Of a stretch of DNA of 64,000 nt, positions 60,617-64,000 are shown one piece after another (positions within the stretch are counted from its first letter, which is position 1; each line of letters begins with the position of its first letter). The translations under genes were made by a program, and so were the position numbers. Location: assembly GCA_023269085.1 (NCBI GenBank), contig JAHFML010000003.1, positions 52,863 through 116,862 on the forward strand, written 5' to 3'. The notes beneath the pieces were generated by a model. The model worked only from the letters and a program-made list of their open reading frames with translations, did no database searches and was not told the DNA's origin. This stretch comes from a bacterium (GTDB lineage Bacteria; Patescibacteriota; Minisyncoccia; Phycocordibacterales; Phycocordibacteraceae).

Positions 60617-61680
60617 GGTCGTGTCTTCTTATACCGCGTCGCACGGCCTTGGCCGAGACGCATGATGAGCAAGTGGCTTACGAGACGAAGAAGCGTTTTT
60701 TTGATGGTCGGTACGGCGACAGATCCGTGAAGGCGATTGTGTATCTCGCGGACGGATAGCTCGCTCCCGTCCGCGAAGAGCTCGTAGACGACGATCTGCT
60801 TAGGCGAGAGGAGCATCTCGGGGTGTTTCTCGCCGAGGAGCTTCTCAGCACGCGTCGACTGCGCGAGGAGCGCATCAAGGAAGAACTCGACCCACGGGGT
60901 TACGTCCTCGTCATCGGTCTTGTGACGCTTCTGCGTCTGCCGCAGAGCGAGATAGTAGTCGGTCGTGCGTTCCTCGATAATCTCGTCGAGCGACACGTAG
61001 GGAATGTACGCGTATCCGGCACGCAGGAGGAGCAGGTTTGTGAGCGCGCGCGACAGGCGGCCGTTGCCATCGTGGAATGGGTGGATAGCGAGGAACTCAA
61101 AAATAAAGTTCGCGATCACGAGCAGAGGATGCGTATCAACTTGCGCATCGCGTTCGTTGAACCACGCGACCGCGTCTCCCATTTCCTTTTTCACGAGATA
61201 CGGAGGGGTAGGGCGAAAGAGCACGATCTCTTCACTATCACCGCCACGCATAACGACGACATTGTCGGTCGTCTTGTACGCGCCCTTATGAAGGGCGTCT
61301 TTCTGTGCGAAGTGCAAGAGAATCTCATGGAATTGCAAGGTACGATTCTCGGAGAGTGGCAGATCGGCGAAATGGTCAAATATCCTGCCGAGCAGGTCAG
61401 CATAGCCAGCGACCTCTTCTTCGTCGCGGCCGACCGGCGGTTTCGACTTCAATCCGCGCAGAAGCCGTGCGACTTCGTCATCGCTCAAGTTCGAACCTTC
61501 GATACGCGTCGAGGATCCGGTCGAGGTGATGATGACGGACGTACGCAGACGATCCAAGATTTTCTGGCTCATTTCGGCCGTGCCGCGCCAACGCCCCTTG
61601 AACTCGTCGATGGCCGCGATGCGAGTTACTATATCGTTGGTCAGCTTTATCCTCTTGTTGAATCGATCGTTCATGATCAT
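60613..61680 (-). CDS. Fic family protein with C-terminal wHTH
   Basis: HPFHDGNGRLSR catalytic motif; STRIEG. Confidence 0.92.
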   Translation of the reverse strand: MIMNDRFNKRIKLTNDIVTRIAAIDEFKGRWRGTAEMSQKILDRLRTSVIITSTGSSTRIEGSNLSDDEVARLLRGLKSKPPVGRDEEEVAGYADLLGRIFDHFADLPLSENRTLQFHEILLHFAQKDALHKGAYKTTDNVVVMRGGDSEEIVLFRPTPPYLVKKEMGDAVAWFNERDAQVDTHPLLVIANFIFEFLAIHPFHDGNGRLSRALTNLLLLRAGYAYIPYVSLDEIIEERTTDYYLALRQTQKRHKTDDEDVTPWVEFFLDALLAQSTRAEKLLGEKHPEMLLSPKQIVVYELFADGSELSVREIHNRLHGSVAVPTIKKTLLRLVSHLLIMRLGQGRATRYKKTRP

Positions 61681-61818
61681 ATATAAGCTATATATCCGAT
61701 TATATACGATAGTATCCGATTAGGCAATAGAGCGAGGGAGTGGCGGGGCGAGACTTTTTAGAGACCACGATCTAGGTCGCGGCTTTCGTGTGTGTCTAGA
61801 AGAGGTATACTTCCAAAT

Positions 61819-62409
61819 GTGGAAACAGAGATTGAAGCAAAATTTCCCGATATAGATGCCGAAGCGTTACGCGTAACCCTCAAACAAAAAGGGGCGACTC
61901 TCGAACATGCAGAAGTATTAATGCGTCGCAAGAATTACGACTATCCAGATAAGCGGCTTGATAAGATTGGTGGATGGATTCGTGTTCGCGATGAAGGAAA
62001 CAAAGTGACTTTGAGCTACAAACAACTGAATGATCGGACATTGCACGGCACCAAAGAGGTCAGTGTTGTTGTTGATGATTTCGATAAGACTGGTCAATTC
62101 CTTGAAGCAATCGGGATGGAGGCAAAAGCGTACCAAGAAACCAAGCGAGAAAAGTGGAAATATATGGACGTTGAGGTGACTATCGACACGTGGCCATGGG
62201 TGCCGACTTTTGTTGAGCTCGAAGGACCGACTGAAGAAGTGGTGAGAAATGTCGCTGCAAATCTCGGATTCGATTGGAGCAAGGCAATGCACGGAAGCGT
62301 CGAGACTATCTATCAGATGCACTACGACTTCACCGAAGAAGAAATCGATAATTGGGAATCGATCACCTTTATTGCTCCACCCGATTGGTTGTTGGTGAAA
62401 AAGAAGTGA
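61819..62409 (+). CDS. CYTH domain protein (class IV adenylate cyclase-like)
   Basis: EIEAK, WIRVR, FVELEG. Confidence 0.88.
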   Translation: METEIEAKFPDIDAEALRVTLKQKGATLEHAEVLMRRKNYDYPDKRLDKIGGWIRVRDEGNKVTLSYKQLNDRTLHGTKEVSVVVDDFDKTGQFLEAIGMEAKAYQETKREKWKYMDVEVTIDTWPWVPTFVELEGPTEEVVRNVAANLGFDWSKAMHGSVETIYQMHYDFTEEEIDNWESITFIAPPDWLLVKKK

Positions 62410-62419
62410 GTATCGACCT

Positions 62420-62938
62420 ATGGAAATCAAATCAACGCTCATCAACCGTTCTGGTCAGACGCTCGCGACTGAGTATCGGGACATCGATTCAGTCGAGGAG
62501 GTTGGTAATAAAAAAGTGCATGGTGTCCATGCCTTTTGCTTCGTGGGCGACAAGCTCGTCGTCGTGTATGCGGCCGCGAAGGGATACTGGACGCCGCCAG
62601 GTGGCGGGGTAGAAGCGGGCGAGACGGTGGAAGAAGCCACTGCTCGTGAGGTACAGGAGGAGACGAACATGCGCGTGCTCAAGCAACGGCCAATAGGCAC
62701 GCTTACCGTTTTCGAACCGGAAGAGACAAAGTTCCAAGTTCGTTCGGTCTGCATCGTCGAACCAATCGGCCCGTTCGTTGCCGACGCTGATCCCGATGAA
62801 GGAGTGACGGAGATCAAACTCATTGACCCTGCCGATATAAAGAAGTATTTCGACTGGGGCGAAATTGGCGATCATATGTTGCGCCGCGCGCTCGAGATCA
62901 AGGGGCAGATGGAGGCCGAGGCGGGACCTATGCTATGA
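62420..62938 (+). CDS. NUDIX hydrolase
   Basis: GGGVEAGETVEEATAREVQEET Nudix box. Confidence 0.92.
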   Translation: MEIKSTLINRSGQTLATEYRDIDSVEEVGNKKVHGVHAFCFVGDKLVVVYAAAKGYWTPPGGGVEAGETVEEATAREVQEETNMRVLKQRPIGTLTVFEPEETKFQVRSVCIVEPIGPFVADADPDEGVTEIKLIDPADIKKYFDWGEIGDHMLRRALEIKGQMEAEAGPML

Positions 62939-62948
62939 TCACTCGACT

Positions 62949-63848
62949 ATGTGGCAAGTTTTCAGCTTCTTTTCCGTTTTGTCAGGAACGATCGAAGAGA
63001 CGCTCGATAAGGCGACGATGGTCGGCAGTAGAGCAGTCGACATCGTCGGCGCTTCATGGATCCGTAATGCGGCGCTGTTGCTAATTACTTTCTTGGGCGG
63101 ATTGATTCTCGAGACTCATGTGCCGCGACTGGTGTGGTCTATGCCCATTCTCATCCTTGGGACTTTCTATGCGGTGCAGGCATTGTTCTATACCGGTCTC
63201 CTCCGGCATGTCGAGATTACGACGTCGAGCTTGATGGACACCTTCATCCCGCTCATATTTCTCCTCGTCGACATACTTTTCATCGGTACGCCGTTCCTCC
63301 CACGGCAAGTGATCGGCATCATTACGCTGGTCATTGGCGGCGGTCTATTCTTTTGGAAGCGCGAGAATATAACGCGCATGCAAATGCGGCTCATGCTTGC
63401 CGCGTTCTTTTTCGACCTACTCATTTACGGCCTCGAGAGCTATTCTTTCAAGTCGCTATTCGCGACCGGTTCAATCTCGGCACCTGATTTCTTGTGGAGC
63501 ATGTGGGCGGTGATGGTCGCCGTGCTCTCGGTCATGTTCATCGCGGTCTGCGGGTATCAGCGGACATTACCGAGAGTATCGCAGTATGCCGGGTACCTGC
63601 GCGGCTCTCTCAAGGCAAAGACCGCGGACTACATCGGATCATCTCTTTATTTGCAGGCTCTCACGCTCGCGTCGGTCTCTCAAGTGGTGGCGATGAAATC
63701 TATCTATCCGCTCATCCTCATCGGAGTGGCGGGCGTCGCGCAGGGGCATCTCAAGATTAACCTCGACGAGACGCTCGGCCGCAAGACATTGTTCAAAAAA
63801 GTTCTCGCTTCAGGCATCATCTGCGTGGGTGTGTATCTTATTCATTAG
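62949..63848 (+). CDS. EamA/DMT-like membrane transporter
   Basis: About 10 TM segments in two repeats. Confidence 0.65.
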   Translation: MWQVFSFFSVLSGTIEETLDKATMVGSRAVDIVGASWIRNAALLLITFLGGLILETHVPRLVWSMPILILGTFYAVQALFYTGLLRHVEITTSSLMDTFIPLIFLLVDILFIGTPFLPRQVIGIITLVIGGGLFFWKRENITRMQMRLMLAAFFFDLLIYGLESYSFKSLFATGSISAPDFLWSMWAVMVAVLSVMFIAVCGYQRTLPRVSQYAGYLRGSLKAKTADYIGSSLYLQALTLASVSQVVAMKSIYPLILIGVAGVAQGHLKINLDETLGRKTLFKKVLASGIICVGVYLIH

Positions 63849-63876
63849 CCGAATCGAGAACTGCTATACTCACTGC

Positions 63877-64000
63877 ATGAATATGCCACTCTACGAATCG
63901 CGGCCGATAACGGCAGGAGAGCGCAAGGCGGCGCTCGAGACGCTGGTTGCACAGACCGCGCCGAGCCGCGAATATTATCTGCTCGTCGTCGGCGCCATCG
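63877..64000 (+). CDS. Hypothetical protein (runs off window)
   Basis: TGCTATACT -10 box, 6-nt spacer, ATG; frame open to the window end. Confidence 0.5.
   Translation, partial: MNMPLYESRPITAGERKAALETLVAQTAPSREYYLLVVGAI

Noticed and set aside
59294-61800. Integrated prophage or island at the tRNA
   Set aside because: No integrase and no duplicated tRNA 3' end found in the window.

Overview
A ~60% GC chromosomal window that looks like Patescibacteria/CPR (Parcubacteria-like). This assignment is an inference from the missing rpmD, the fragmented ribosomal operons, the apparently leaderless core genes and the type IV pilus locus. Housekeeping content: rpsN-rpsH-rplF-rplR-rpsE-rplO-secY-adk-map, ndk, infC-rpmI-rplT, nth, mutY, rnj, secG, groES/EL, tuf-rpsJ-rplC-rplD-rplW-rplB, a type IV pilus cluster, ligA and gatCA. 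Other elements: a probable 6S RNA, a tRNA-Met(CAT) split by a group I intron, an intact IS30 with a 3-bp target duplication, and several toxin-antitoxin pairs or remnants. The main result is two complete diversity-generating retroelements (17.7-20.4 kb and 54.0-56.5 kb) with the layout target(VR) > TR > antisense avd < > RT. In both, the likely avd start codon is the reverse complement of an RT His codon, and a poly-G/C tract puts avd out of frame. One tract-length change is predicted to restore avd and RT expression together, which suggests a phase-variable on/off switch for hypermutation. Both unrelated target genes also share a conserved structured 5' leader. Several families of small palindromic elements are inserted in frame into housekeeping genes. 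All coordinates and mismatch counts were read by eye; no database searches or folding programs were run.
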